DNA of 64,000 bases. It comes from an uncultured virus (IMG/VR IMGVR_UViG_3300027974_001778) (Duplodnaviria > Heunggongvirae > Uroviricota > Caudoviricetes). The position numbers and the translations under genes were made by a program. Location of the stretch: IMG/VR virus record IMGVR_UViG_3300027974_001778, positions 62,001-126,000 of that record, one strand, 5' to 3'. The notes beneath the pieces were generated by a model. That model was not told the DNA's origin. It ran no database searches and saw nothing but the letters and a program-made list of their open reading frames with translations. Positions 55,154 to 64,000 of the stretch are shown here, one piece after another (position 1 is the stretch's first letter; the number at the start of each line of letters is the position of its first letter).

Positions 55154-57895
55154 ATGAGAGAAATTAAATCTTTTGATATTTTTGATACTTTAATATCAAG
55201 AACTGTTGAAAATCCGATTGATATTTTTGACATTGTTGAAAAACAATTCCCGTATAATAATTTTAAAAATTTACGAATTCAGTCACAAAATCAATCAAAC
55301 CACACAATGGATTCAATTTATAATGAATTTAAAAATATCACAAATGAATCTGATGAAACCATAAATAAGTTAAGAGAATTTGAACTAATTACGGAAATGG
55401 AAAATACCATACCAATTTTTAGTAATATTTCAAAAATAAAAGACGGTGATATATTTGTTTCTGATATGTACCTGTCTTCAAATGAAATACGTAAATTACT
55501 TGATTATCATAATATAAATAAAAATACGGAGTTATTTGTTTCATCTGGAGGTAAATCAGATGGTACAATGTGGGAGGCTCTTACACAAACATATAAAATT
55601 AATTCTCATTATGGTGACAATTATCATTCTGATATAATGATGGCCTCAAGATATGGAATAAAAGGGGTTTACACAGAAGCCTATAAATTCACAGTTTTAG
55701 AATCATATCTTATTCGAAATAATGAATTTGAGTTATGTCAACAAATAAGAAAATTTAGACTTGCAAATCCATATGATGAAAATACTATAGAATACAAAAT
55801 ATACGAACAACAAATTTCTTATAATATACCAATACTATTATTTATTTGTAATAAACTAGATGAAATTTTAATAAATGAAAATCGTAATACTGTATTATTT
55901 CATTCAAGAGATGGGTGCTTATTAATAAAATTATTTTCTTACTTATACCCACAATATAAATCAATATATTTACATTCTAGCAGAATTATTAATAATGATT
56001 ATACCGATGACTATATTTCATATTTAAAAGAAAATTATGATAAAGATAGTTGTGTTTTATTTGATTTACATGGTTCATTAAACAGTGGGAAAAAACTTTT
56101 TACATCACTTTTTGAACATTTGCCTAGAATATTTATTTTTGACCTTTCTTATATTGAAAATTATATTAGTGAAATAACATATATCACAAATTACTCAAGT
56201 AAAATAGAGGAGTTTAATCATGATTATAAAGGAACATTAGTTCAATTTATAAAGAATGAAGATATACGTACCCCAACTGAGCATCCTCTAAAATATATTG
56301 ATATAATTCATAGTATTTTTGATTCTTTTATAAAATATTTTGATGTAAATTTGAAAAAAAATCCAATATTGAACAATAATGATTTTTTTAAAAAATATTA
56401 TGTAGAAACTGTATGTAAATCTGAAACTATTTTAAAAAACCAATTTGAATTTTTGAATCTTACCAAATTAGCAAACAAATATAACTCAGACAAAGGAAAC
56501 CTTTTTTTGTGTGCTCACCATTACTCTATAAAGTACGAACAAATATTCAATGATATATTAAATTTTAAATTAGGAAGAAAAGATTTTTCTACATTTGATT
56601 TATTAGAAATTGGATTAAATATATCAACCACAGAAGAATCAATCCCATCATTAATGATATGGAATGATTATTTTAATAAAAATATAAATATTACAGGATT
56701 TGATATAGATAATCGTTTTTCAAAATTAAATATAGACCAAAATATAGATATTAAAATTGGTGACCAATCAAGTGAAAAGGACTTATTACAATTAAAAAAT
56801 AAAAACTATGACATGATAATTGATGATGGTTATCATGCGTCAAAACATCAACAAATTACATTTAAAACATTGTGGCAAAACGTAAAACCAGGAGGATATT
56901 TTATTATTGAGGATTTACATTACCAACCAGAGCCAGAAACGTGCATAAAAACAAAAGAGTTATTTGAAAATTGGAAGAGCGATAATTGGATAGAAACTGA
57001 GTATATTAACTCAGATGAAATACAAATCATCAAAAAGGATATTGAAAGTATTGAATTTTATGACTCAAGCTCAAAAAATTGGGGGGATTCCGTAAAAAAC
57101 GCGTTTGTGTATATTAAAAAAAAAGAAAGAATGAATATTATAAATGAAAACACTATGAATGAAATTATACAATATGAATTTCCAGTACCATCACAGGCGG
57201 AAGAAAAATATTATTACACAGATAAATCAGCGATTTTGAATATCAGAAACATTTTAAGTAAAAATGGTAAGTATAATTATTGTGAAATTGGTTCTTATTT
57301 AGGAGGTTCATTAGTCCCCTTTTTAAGAGACCCTCAATGTGAGTATATACTATCAGTTGATGATAGAGGTAATATACAACCAGATGAAAGGGGTATTAGT
57401 TATGATTACAGGCATATTTCAACCCAAACTATGTTAGATACATTATCAAAGCATAGTTTAGATTTAACAAAATTAGAAACATTTGATGGTTCTGTACATG
57501 AATTAAATAAAAACATCAATAAATTTGATTTAGTTTTTATAGATGGTGAACATACCGATTATGCATGTTTTAGAGACTTTATGTATTCTCAAAAATACCT
57601 AAAAGAAAATTCAGTTGTTATGTTTCATGATAGTACTTTAGTATATAAATCATTAAAAATAATACAAGAATATCTGACATGTAATAATATAGTTCATAAA
57701 TTTATTAAAATTCCAAATTCATCAGTAACGTTTATTTTTTTTGGTGATTATATTTCTTTGTGTACTGAATTTGAATCAGAAGATGTTGAAATTTTTTATA
57801 ATAAGTCAGAAGAAGAGGTTCTTTACCATGTTATACAAAATAGAGTAGAGGGAAGTTTTATTATTAAAAATAAAACATACACAATAGGTGGGTAA
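55154..57895 (+). CDS. multidomain HAD-like hydrolase + two class I SAM methyltransferase domains
   Basis: SFDIFDTL, VSDMYL, HYGDN..SD; LLEIG..IIDDGYH..GGYFIIEDL; YCEIGSYLGGS..FIDGEH..FHD. Confidence 0.8.
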   Translation: MREIKSFDIFDTLISRTVENPIDIFDIVEKQFPYNNFKNLRIQSQNQSNHTMDSIYNEFKNITNESDETINKLREFELITEMENTIPIFSNISKIKDGDIFVSDMYLSSNEIRKLLDYHNINKNTELFVSSGGKSDGTMWEALTQTYKINSHYGDNYHSDIMMASRYGIKGVYTEAYKFTVLESYLIRNNEFELCQQIRKFRLANPYDENTIEYKIYEQQISYNIPILLFICNKLDEILINENRNTVLFHSRDGCLLIKLFSYLYPQYKSIYLHSSRIINNDYTDDYISYLKENYDKDSCVLFDLHGSLNSGKKLFTSLFEHLPRIFIFDLSYIENYISEITYITNYSSKIEEFNHDYKGTLVQFIKNEDIRTPTEHPLKYIDIIHSIFDSFIKYFDVNLKKNPILNNNDFFKKYYVETVCKSETILKNQFEFLNLTKLANKYNSDKGNLFLCAHHYSIKYEQIFNDILNFKLGRKDFSTFDLLEIGLNISTTEESIPSLMIWNDYFNKNINITGFDIDNRFSKLNIDQNIDIKIGDQSSEKDLLQLKNKNYDMIIDDGYHASKHQQITFKTLWQNVKPGGYFIIEDLHYQPEPETCIKTKELFENWKSDNWIETEYINSDEIQIIKKDIESIEFYDSSSKNWGDSVKNAFVYIKKKERMNIINENTMNEIIQYEFPVPSQAEEKYYYTDKSAILNIRNILSKNGKYNYCEIGSYLGGSLVPFLRDPQCEYILSVDDRGNIQPDERGISYDYRHISTQTMLDTLSKHSLDLTKLETFDGSVHELNKNINKFDLVFIDGEHTDYACFRDFMYSQKYLKENSVVMFHDSTLVYKSLKIIQEYLTCNNIVHKFIKIPNSSVTFIFFGDYISLCTEFESEDVEIFYNKSEEEVLYHVIQNRVEGSFIIKNKTYTIGG

Positions 57896-57958
57896 CATCT
57901 AAAAAAGATTCAATAAAATTTATATAAAAATTTCTTATCTTTGATAAAAGCGGATAAA

Positions 57959-58447
57959 ATGAGTACGGTATTGGTATTAAATTATGATTACACCCCCCTA
58001 AATGTTACAACTATAAGGAGAGGGTTTGTATTGGTAGATAAGGGTAAGGCAGAGGTTGTTAAATCAGATGAATCACCTATTATGACTAGTTATAAGATAT
58101 ACATACGCCCTGTAATCATCCGACTTTTAAAATACATCAAATATCAAACAAGAGGATTAAGAGCCAATAGAACAAGAATATATAAAAGAGATAGTTATGA
58201 ATGTGTTTATTGTGGTTCAAAAAAAGATTTGACATTAGACCATGTTTTACCTAAATCAAGAGGTGGTGGAAACGAATGGACCAATCTTGTAACATCTTGT
58301 TTTAAATGTAATCTTAAAAAAGGTAGTAAAACACCTGATGAAGCCAAGATGACGATGAAACATAGACCTTTCGCTCCAACATTAATTAATGAGAACGTAG
58401 GAATGCAAAAGATTTGGAATGATTATCAAAAATCATTTGTTTATTAG
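57959..58447 (+). CDS. HNH endonuclease
   Basis: RDSYECVYCG..LTLDHVLPKSRGG..WTNLVTSC.KCN.KK. Confidence 0.92.
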   Translation: MSTVLVLNYDYTPLNVTTIRRGFVLVDKGKAEVVKSDESPIMTSYKIYIRPVIIRLLKYIKYQTRGLRANRTRIYKRDSYECVYCGSKKDLTLDHVLPKSRGGGNEWTNLVTSCFKCNLKKGSKTPDEAKMTMKHRPFAPTLINENVGMQKIWNDYQKSFVY

Positions 58448-58476
58448 AATTTTTTACTAAAATTAAAAATACAGTT

Positions 58477-58749
58477 ATGTCAATAGAAACTAAATTAAGG
58501 GGATTTTTGGTGTTATCAATTTTAATACTATTATGGGAAATGGTTATGTGGAATAATAGTATCATAACCGTGAAAGAACAAAAAAGTAAAATTGATAGTT
58601 TAACAAATATATCTGATAGTCTCCGTGATGAATCATTTGTCAATTCTATTGAAGCCAGTAGATATGAAATTGCCTTAGAAATTTATAAAGAAAAAAATCC
58701 TAAAGCAGTTGAAGAAATTGAATTAATAAAAACAACACAAACAGAATAA
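58477..58749 (+). CDS. hypothetical membrane-anchored protein
   Basis: N-terminal TM segment then coiled coil. Confidence 0.65.
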   Translation: MSIETKLRGFLVLSILILLWEMVMWNNSIITVKEQKSKIDSLTNISDSLRDESFVNSIEASRYEIALEIYKEKNPKAVEEIELIKTTQTE

Positions 58750-58750
58750 A

Positions 58751-59056
58751 ATGCAAGAAGTAAATTACACAAATCCAGAAAAAGCAGGTGTAGGACAAAA
58801 TCCTCAAGACCTAATGAACGCATCTTTAATTTTCGCAAGAGCTTTAGGATTAATCTTAAAGGATGGCGAAGGTATTGTAGTTGATGTCGTAGGTGATATC
58901 AATTTAGGTGAAGAAGTTAAAAAAGTGATTGTATTTGAACACAAAGACCAAGTACACATTTATAAATGTGAAGAAGATTTGGTTGAGGGGACTGCAGTAA
59001 ACATGGACACAAATGAAAAAGGTCCTGAAACGACTGAAGTAGCTGAGGAGGCATAA
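58751..59056 (+). CDS. hypothetical protein
   Basis: Coupled ORF. Confidence 0.7.
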   Translation: MQEVNYTNPEKAGVGQNPQDLMNASLIFARALGLILKDGEGIVVDVVGDINLGEEVKKVIVFEHKDQVHIYKCEEDLVEGTAVNMDTNEKGPETTEVAEEA

Positions 59057-59077
59057 TCTTTTTTAAAAATATATAAA

Positions 59078-60745
59078 ATGAGGGTACTAGGATTTTCGGT
59101 AGGCCATGATAAAGGCGCGGTTATTATTGAGAACGGAAAAGTTGTTGTTGGGATAACCCAAGAAAGACTTTCCAGAATAAAGCATGATGGTGCATATCAA
59201 GGTGGCGTAATACCATTTGAATCAATAAATTATTGTCTAAGCTCTATGGGTATTACACATAGAGATATTGACTATTATGTTTATAGTACAACAGAAGTTG
59301 AAGATACTGTTTTTAGGCAGTTTTTTGCCAAGTATAGCGACCTTAGAAAAGAAATCTTATATTTCATTCCTCACCATTTAGCTCACGCATATTCAGCATT
59401 TTTTAGTTCAGGTCTTGAAGAATCTGCAGTTGTTGTTGCGGACGCCTCAGGAAGTATTTTAACCTTTAAAAACAAATTAAATCTTTGGTATGAAAAAACC
59501 AGAGATGGGTTAGATACCAATGAAGATTGGGCTGAAGGTATATCTATTTTTAAATTTAATAAAACGGAGCATAATGAAGTTTATAAAAAATGGATAAAAT
59601 ACCCCGTTCCTCTTGAAACCGATGAATCAACCTCTTTAGGTACAATGTATTCAACAGGTTCATTACAGTTAATTTATGAACCTAATAGTCAGACTTGGCC
59701 AGCAGGTAAATTAATGGGATTAGCATCTTATGCCGATATGGATATTGTTAATGAAGCTCCTCAATTTGTTCAAGAATTAGAAGATGATATTTTTATTTCA
59801 AATCATAAAATTTATCCAAAAGTTTCTTGGAAATCTGATTTCTTCTCAAGAGCTTGTGTTGCAGGAATTTACCAAAGGGAACAAGAAAGAGCCTCAATGA
59901 TTTTAGCTAAAATGGCTAAAAAGTTCACTGATTCAAAAAATATTTGTGTTGTTGGTGGTTCTTTTTTAAACTGTAATTCAAATGAATTAATTTTAAACTC
60001 AGGATTATTTGAGAATTGTTACTTCATACCTCCTAGTGATGATAGTGGTATACCATTAGGATGTGCGTGGTACGCATATCAAAAAATAACCGATATTGAA
60101 TCTACAGAACAATTAATCCCATATTTTGGTAAATCTTACGATAAAGAAGATATTTTTACGGCATTAAATCAATTTCCAAATTTAAAGTACACTGAGTATC
60201 AGAACTTTGAAGATTTAACTGAAGAAATTTCATATTCTTTAACTCAAAATAGAGTAGTTGGATGGTTCCAAGGAGGGTCTGAAATTGGCCCAAGAGCATT
60301 AGGTAATCGTTCAATATTAGCGTCACCAATACAATCTTGGATGACAGGCCATATCAATAGTGATATTAAAAAAAGAGAGTGGTATCGACCATTTGCACCT
60401 GCTGTAATGTTTGAACACCAATCTGAAATTTTTGAGTCTTCAGATTATTCTCCTTATATGTTAGTAACAACAACAGTTAAAGAAGAATGGAGAAATAAAA
60501 TTCCTGCAGTTACTCACATCGATAATTCCGCAAGACACCAATCAGTTACTGAACAAAATAATCTAAAGTTTTATTCTTTAATTAATAAATTTTATGATAA
60601 GACAGGAGTACCTGTATTACTTAATACAAGTTTTAATGGGCCATCGGAACCTATTGTTGAAACGCCTTTAGACGCTATTAATACATTTTTGGAAACAAAT
60701 TTAGACATCTTAGTTATTAATAATATTGTTATTATCCGTGAGTAA
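59078..60745 (+). CDS. carbamoyltransferase (NodU/CmcH family)
   Basis: ERLSRIKH, HHLAHAYSAF, GKLMGLASY, EIGPRALGNRSIL, KKREWYRPFAP, LLNTSFN. Confidence 0.93.
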   Translation: MRVLGFSVGHDKGAVIIENGKVVVGITQERLSRIKHDGAYQGGVIPFESINYCLSSMGITHRDIDYYVYSTTEVEDTVFRQFFAKYSDLRKEILYFIPHHLAHAYSAFFSSGLEESAVVVADASGSILTFKNKLNLWYEKTRDGLDTNEDWAEGISIFKFNKTEHNEVYKKWIKYPVPLETDESTSLGTMYSTGSLQLIYEPNSQTWPAGKLMGLASYADMDIVNEAPQFVQELEDDIFISNHKIYPKVSWKSDFFSRACVAGIYQREQERASMILAKMAKKFTDSKNICVVGGSFLNCNSNELILNSGLFENCYFIPPSDDSGIPLGCAWYAYQKITDIESTEQLIPYFGKSYDKEDIFTALNQFPNLKYTEYQNFEDLTEEISYSLTQNRVVGWFQGGSEIGPRALGNRSILASPIQSWMTGHINSDIKKREWYRPFAPAVMFEHQSEIFESSDYSPYMLVTTTVKEEWRNKIPAVTHIDNSARHQSVTEQNNLKFYSLINKFYDKTGVPVLLNTSFNGPSEPIVETPLDAINTFLETNLDILVINNIVIIRE

Positions 60746-60808
60746 TATTTTTTTAGTAAATGTTGTGGGTTTAAATTAAAATTACTACATTTGTAAAAAA
60801 TAAAATAC

Positions 60809-61489
60809 ATGAATATAGGACAAGATTTTCAAAACTACTACGTAAAACATTTAGGTAAGTCTTCATTAGACATACACAACTTTTCAAACCATATTGAGTC
60901 TTCTATGACTCCGTATATTCTTGAAGAAAGAGAATTAAGAGCAACTCAAATTGACATCTTTTCAAGATTAATGAGAGATAGAATTTTATGGGTTGCAGGT
61001 CCTGTTAATGACCACATGTCCACCATTGTTCAAGCTCAATTAATGTTCTTGGATTCAAACGACAAAGCCGATATCACAATGCATATCGATTCTCCTGGTG
61101 GAAGTGTTAAATCAGGGTTATCTATGGTTGATGTAATGAATTATATCGCTTGTGATATTAAAACAATTAATACAGGTATGGCGGCTTCTATGGGTTCTGT
61201 ATTATTAGGAGCAGGGACTAAAGGTAAAAGAAGTTCATTGAAATTCTCAAGGACTATGTTACACCAATCTTCTGGTGGAGCTGGAGGTAATATTCAGGAC
61301 GCAAGAGTTTCATTTAAAGAGTGGGAGAAAATAAACGACACTTTATTTGACTTATTAGGAGAATATTGTGGTAAGACAGCTGAACAAGTTAAACTTGACG
61401 CAACTCGTGATTTATGGTTGGATAGTCAAGAGGCTTTAGATTATGGTATTATTGACGAAATCGTTAAAACAAAAAAGAAGGGTATTTAA
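60809..61489 (+). CDS. clpP: ATP-dependent Clp protease proteolytic subunit
   Basis: DIFSRLMRDRI, SPGGSV, GMAASMGS (Ser), MLHQ (His), RDLW (Asp); TACATTTG at 60786-60793. Confidence 0.95.
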   Translation: MNIGQDFQNYYVKHLGKSSLDIHNFSNHIESSMTPYILEERELRATQIDIFSRLMRDRILWVAGPVNDHMSTIVQAQLMFLDSNDKADITMHIDSPGGSVKSGLSMVDVMNYIACDIKTINTGMAASMGSVLLGAGTKGKRSSLKFSRTMLHQSSGGAGGNIQDARVSFKEWEKINDTLFDLLGEYCGKTAEQVKLDATRDLWLDSQEALDYGIIDEIVKTKKKGI

Positions 61490-61575
61490 CCCTTCTTTTT
61501 TTAGACTTTAGAACACCCCCTTTTTTCTTTTTGTTCACCAGTTTATGAAAATAACTTTTTAATGTTATTTTGGCA

Positions 61576-62295
61576 TTAAGATGTAGCGACTGCAGGTGTT
61601 AATGCTTTTTTACCAGCATCTAATAATCCACCAAGTCCACCTCCACTAGAAATATCAGTTTTTAACTTACCATAAACATCTGAAGCCTTATCGTTAATTT
61701 TTCCAAAAAGACTACAAACAGTAGAACTAAGTTGTTTTTCTAAACTTTCAATAAATTTATAATCTTTAACCGCTCCACCTAAAGCATTTCTAATAAAAGT
61801 ATAACCTTGACCCGATAATCCTTTTTCTCTTTGAATCATCATGGCAACAGCCTCAGTTAATGATTCAGCAATTAATTTAGTTAACTCTTCACAACTTTTA
61901 AGTGCTTTTGCAAGTCTTAACGGATTTGAAGTTATAAATGAAACTAAGAAATCTTTAAAATATCCACCAAGTCCTATTGAACTTAAAAGTGAATTAACTA
62001 AAGGTTCAACAATTGTTTGAGCAATGCCTCCTAATGAATTTCCAAAGATTTTACCTAAAAAATCCCATACTTGTTCATTCATTAAACCTTGTTCTTCAAG
62101 ATAACCAATTTCTTCAAAAAGAGCATAAGCCATTTTTTGTTGCTTTTCTTCAGATAATCTTTTGAATTTTTTGATATTATCTTTTGATTCAATAATCATC
62201 ATGATTCTACTTTCAACTAATTTTTGCTCAATTAAAAGTTTCTCTTTTCTTTCTTTGGTCTCTAAAATAGACTTCTTTATTTCTTTTTTTAACAT
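61576..62295 (-). CDS. hypothetical protein
   Basis: Likely start MLKKEIKKSILE at 62295. Confidence 0.7.
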   Translation of the reverse strand: MLKKEIKKSILETKERKEKLLIEQKLVESRIMMIIESKDNIKKFKRLSEEKQQKMAYALFEEIGYLEEQGLMNEQVWDFLGKIFGNSLGGIAQTIVEPLVNSLLSSIGLGGYFKDFLVSFITSNPLRLAKALKSCEELTKLIAESLTEAVAMMIQREKGLSGQGYTFIRNALGGAVKDYKFIESLEKQLSSTVCSLFGKINDKASDVYGKLKTDISSGGGLGGLLDAGKKALTPAVATS

Positions 62296-62305
62296 TGTCT
62301 TTTTT

Positions 62306-63307
62306 TTACTGTATTCTCCATTTAGAATCATCACCGTATGACGTTGGGCCACCTTCTTTAACTCCTCTAAGAATGTCAACGTAATTGTCAATCTTACTTA
62401 AAACTCCTCCCCACTTACCATTAAACTCATTCGCACATGCCTGAACTTTTTCTTTCATCGGTTCAAATGCGTTAGGTTGAATTCTTTTTTTAGTGATGTA
62501 AGCTTGGTAATACGCTTCAATAGTATTTTTACAATCTCCTTTACTTGATGGAGTTTGACTTGATACTGCGAGATTAAATTGTTGTTCAATACTTGAACCG
62601 TTTGCACCCACGACATTTTCAGGTGGGAAATACATTACTAAATCTTGAGAGAAATATCCTTCACTTGCAGGACTAACGACTCTTGAACTCCATGTCTTTG
62701 CCTCTTCAGGGTCTAATTCTTTTCTTAATTTAGCTCCTTTGCCTTTCCATTTTTCAATTACTTTAGTTTGGTCAGGAGTTAATCCTCCCGTAATTCCACT
62801 GCCAGGAACACTTCTATATAATGTCACACCATTAACAACTTTCTTTTCAAACATTAATGGGTTTTCTAAATTTTCACGAGTTGTTTTAATGTCTTTAGCT
62901 TCTTGCCATCCACCTTCTTGTTGTATTAAAGAAGTATCCGCAGCATTTGCAGCTGCTGTCGCAGCATTTGCTGCTGCTGCAGTTGCTTGTTGAACTTCTG
63001 AACAATCTAATTTACCTGGAAGGAATTGAAATTTGCCACTTCCGTCAAAAATACCTGCTCTTCCGTCTGCAAAGAAATATCTAACTTTTCCTGGTGTTTT
63101 AGTACTCTCTTGTTTAATTGCAAACTGTAATGCAGGATTCTTAGTTTGCATTGTCACAATTTTACCATTCTTTACACATCCATCTGATATTATTTTATTT
63201 AATTTACTTTTTAAATCAGAGTCAACTTGTTCTGAAATTAAAGATTTTTTCATTTTGGAATGCATTTCCAAAATTGATTCTTTATCTATTTGAGTGATAT
63301 TATACAT
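62306..63307 (-). CDS. hypothetical protein with ESILEMH..LISEQ leader
   Basis: 333-aa ORF. Confidence 0.7.
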   Translation of the reverse strand: MYNITQIDKESILEMHSKMKKSLISEQVDSDLKSKLNKIISDGCVKNGKIVTMQTKNPALQFAIKQESTKTPGKVRYFFADGRAGIFDGSGKFQFLPGKLDCSEVQQATAAAANAATAAANAADTSLIQQEGGWQEAKDIKTTRENLENPLMFEKKVVNGVTLYRSVPGSGITGGLTPDQTKVIEKWKGKGAKLRKELDPEEAKTWSSRVVSPASEGYFSQDLVMYFPPENVVGANGSSIEQQFNLAVSSQTPSSKGDCKNTIEAYYQAYITKKRIQPNAFEPMKEKVQACANEFNGKWGGVLSKIDNYVDILRGVKEGGPTSYGDDSKWRIQ

Positions 63308-63325
63308 TTTTATATTTTTTTTAAT

Positions 63326-63999
63326 TTAGAAATCATTGCCGTTGATACGTTCTTCTTCCCCTGAAATCTCAGGTTCAACTACAGCCTTTTCACATATTTT
63401 AGTTACGTCAGCATCTGTAAATGTTGTAAATCCTTTACCACTTAATGCCGCTTGAGTTTTTGGACCAAATTTACCATCAGTAACTAACCCTAAACATCCT
63501 TGTACTTTAGCAATTACATCAGACTTACATCCTTTTGAGTAAGTTCCTGAACAAGATTTATATCCACCTCCTGAGTTACCACCATCAGTTTTTTTCTGTT
63601 CTTCAGGAGTTAATACTATTTCAGTATCTTCAATCATTCCCGCTAAAGGTCTTGTAAACATTTTCCATTCATCAGGACTATCAGTTAAATCATCTAAAAA
63701 TTTTAAAAGTCCGCCAGTCACTTTTTTATCTAAAGCACATAAGTCAGGAATTGATTCAACTTTTTGTAATGTAGACACAATAGCATCTTCATCATCATTC
63801 CAGTTACCTTTGGCGTCTTCAATTTGAAAAGCTAAAGTTCGTATCTCACTTTTTGACATTTTAGGGACCAATTTAGATACTCCAGGTGCTTGACAAACAC
63901 TTATTACTTGAGCAAATCCATCTTTACCCTTATCTCCATTTACCATCCAATCAACAAGTTTATATAATCCATAAGCAGCGACTGCACCTACAGCCGCGG
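63326..63999 (-). CDS. peptidoglycan-binding (PGBD-like) domain protein, 5'-truncated by window edge
   Basis: VIAKVQGCLGLVTDGKFGPKTQAAL; frame appears open to the window end. Confidence 0.7.
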   Translation of the reverse strand, partial: AAVGAVAAYGLYKLVDWMVNGDKGKDGFAQVISVCQAPGVSKLVPKMSKSEIRTLAFQIEDAKGNWNDDEDAIVSTLQKVESIPDLCALDKKVTGGLLKFLDDLTDSPDEWKMFTRPLAGMIEDTEIVLTPEEQKKTDGGNSGGGYKSCSGTYSKGCKSDVIAKVQGCLGLVTDGKFGPKTQAALSGKGFTTFTDADVTKICEKAVVEPEISGEEERINGNDF

Positions 64000-64000
64000 G

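Noticed and set aside
57959..58447. HNH as part of a mobile intron or RNA-guided (IscB/Cas9-like) system
   Set aside because: Free-standing 162-aa HNH without RuvC, flanking repeats or an interrupted gene
1..64000. Alternative genetic code (stop-codon reassignment)
   Set aside because: Core genes are full length in code 11 and no suppressor-anticodon tRNA (CTA/TCA/TTA) was found
1..64000. Bacterial chromosome or prophage host flank
   Set aside because: Host-like genes (clpC, clpP, rpsU, ssrA, phoH) are interspersed with T4-like virion genes and phage promoter motifs; no rRNA, integrase or housekeeping operons

Overview
AT-rich segment of a large T4-like (jumbo/huge) myophage genome. The host is most likely a Bacteroidota (Flavobacteria-like) bacterium, judged from recurrent TAnnTTTG promoters, a Bacteroidota-type bS21, a DUF4494-like protein, lipoprotein export signals and D-S/T glycosylation sequons. 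From left to right the window holds: (1) sugar-modification genes, PhoH and a gp55-like late sigma factor; (2) baseplate/structural genes; (3) the head module on the minus strand (large terminase, portal, prohead protease, scaffold, major capsid), with ribosomal protein bS21 inserted on the opposite strand; (4) a proteostasis set (N-domain-less ClpC divergent from a double-UVR protein, a tmRNA with an atypical tag, and ClpP further right); (5) a minus-strand cluster of 21 tRNAs interleaved with about ten non-tRNA structured RNA candidates, two of them with tRNA-like acceptor and T arms; (6) accessory genes. The most notable unannotated signals are two leader-peptide/antiterminator/terminator (attenuator-like) units at the heads of tRNA operons, a promoter-to-terminator sRNA showing the same 13-nt motif in two loops beside a putative RNase, and a phage-specific TATTTATW promoter-like motif that implies many leaderless late mRNAs. 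All family assignments come from motif recognition by eye; no searches or folding programs were run.
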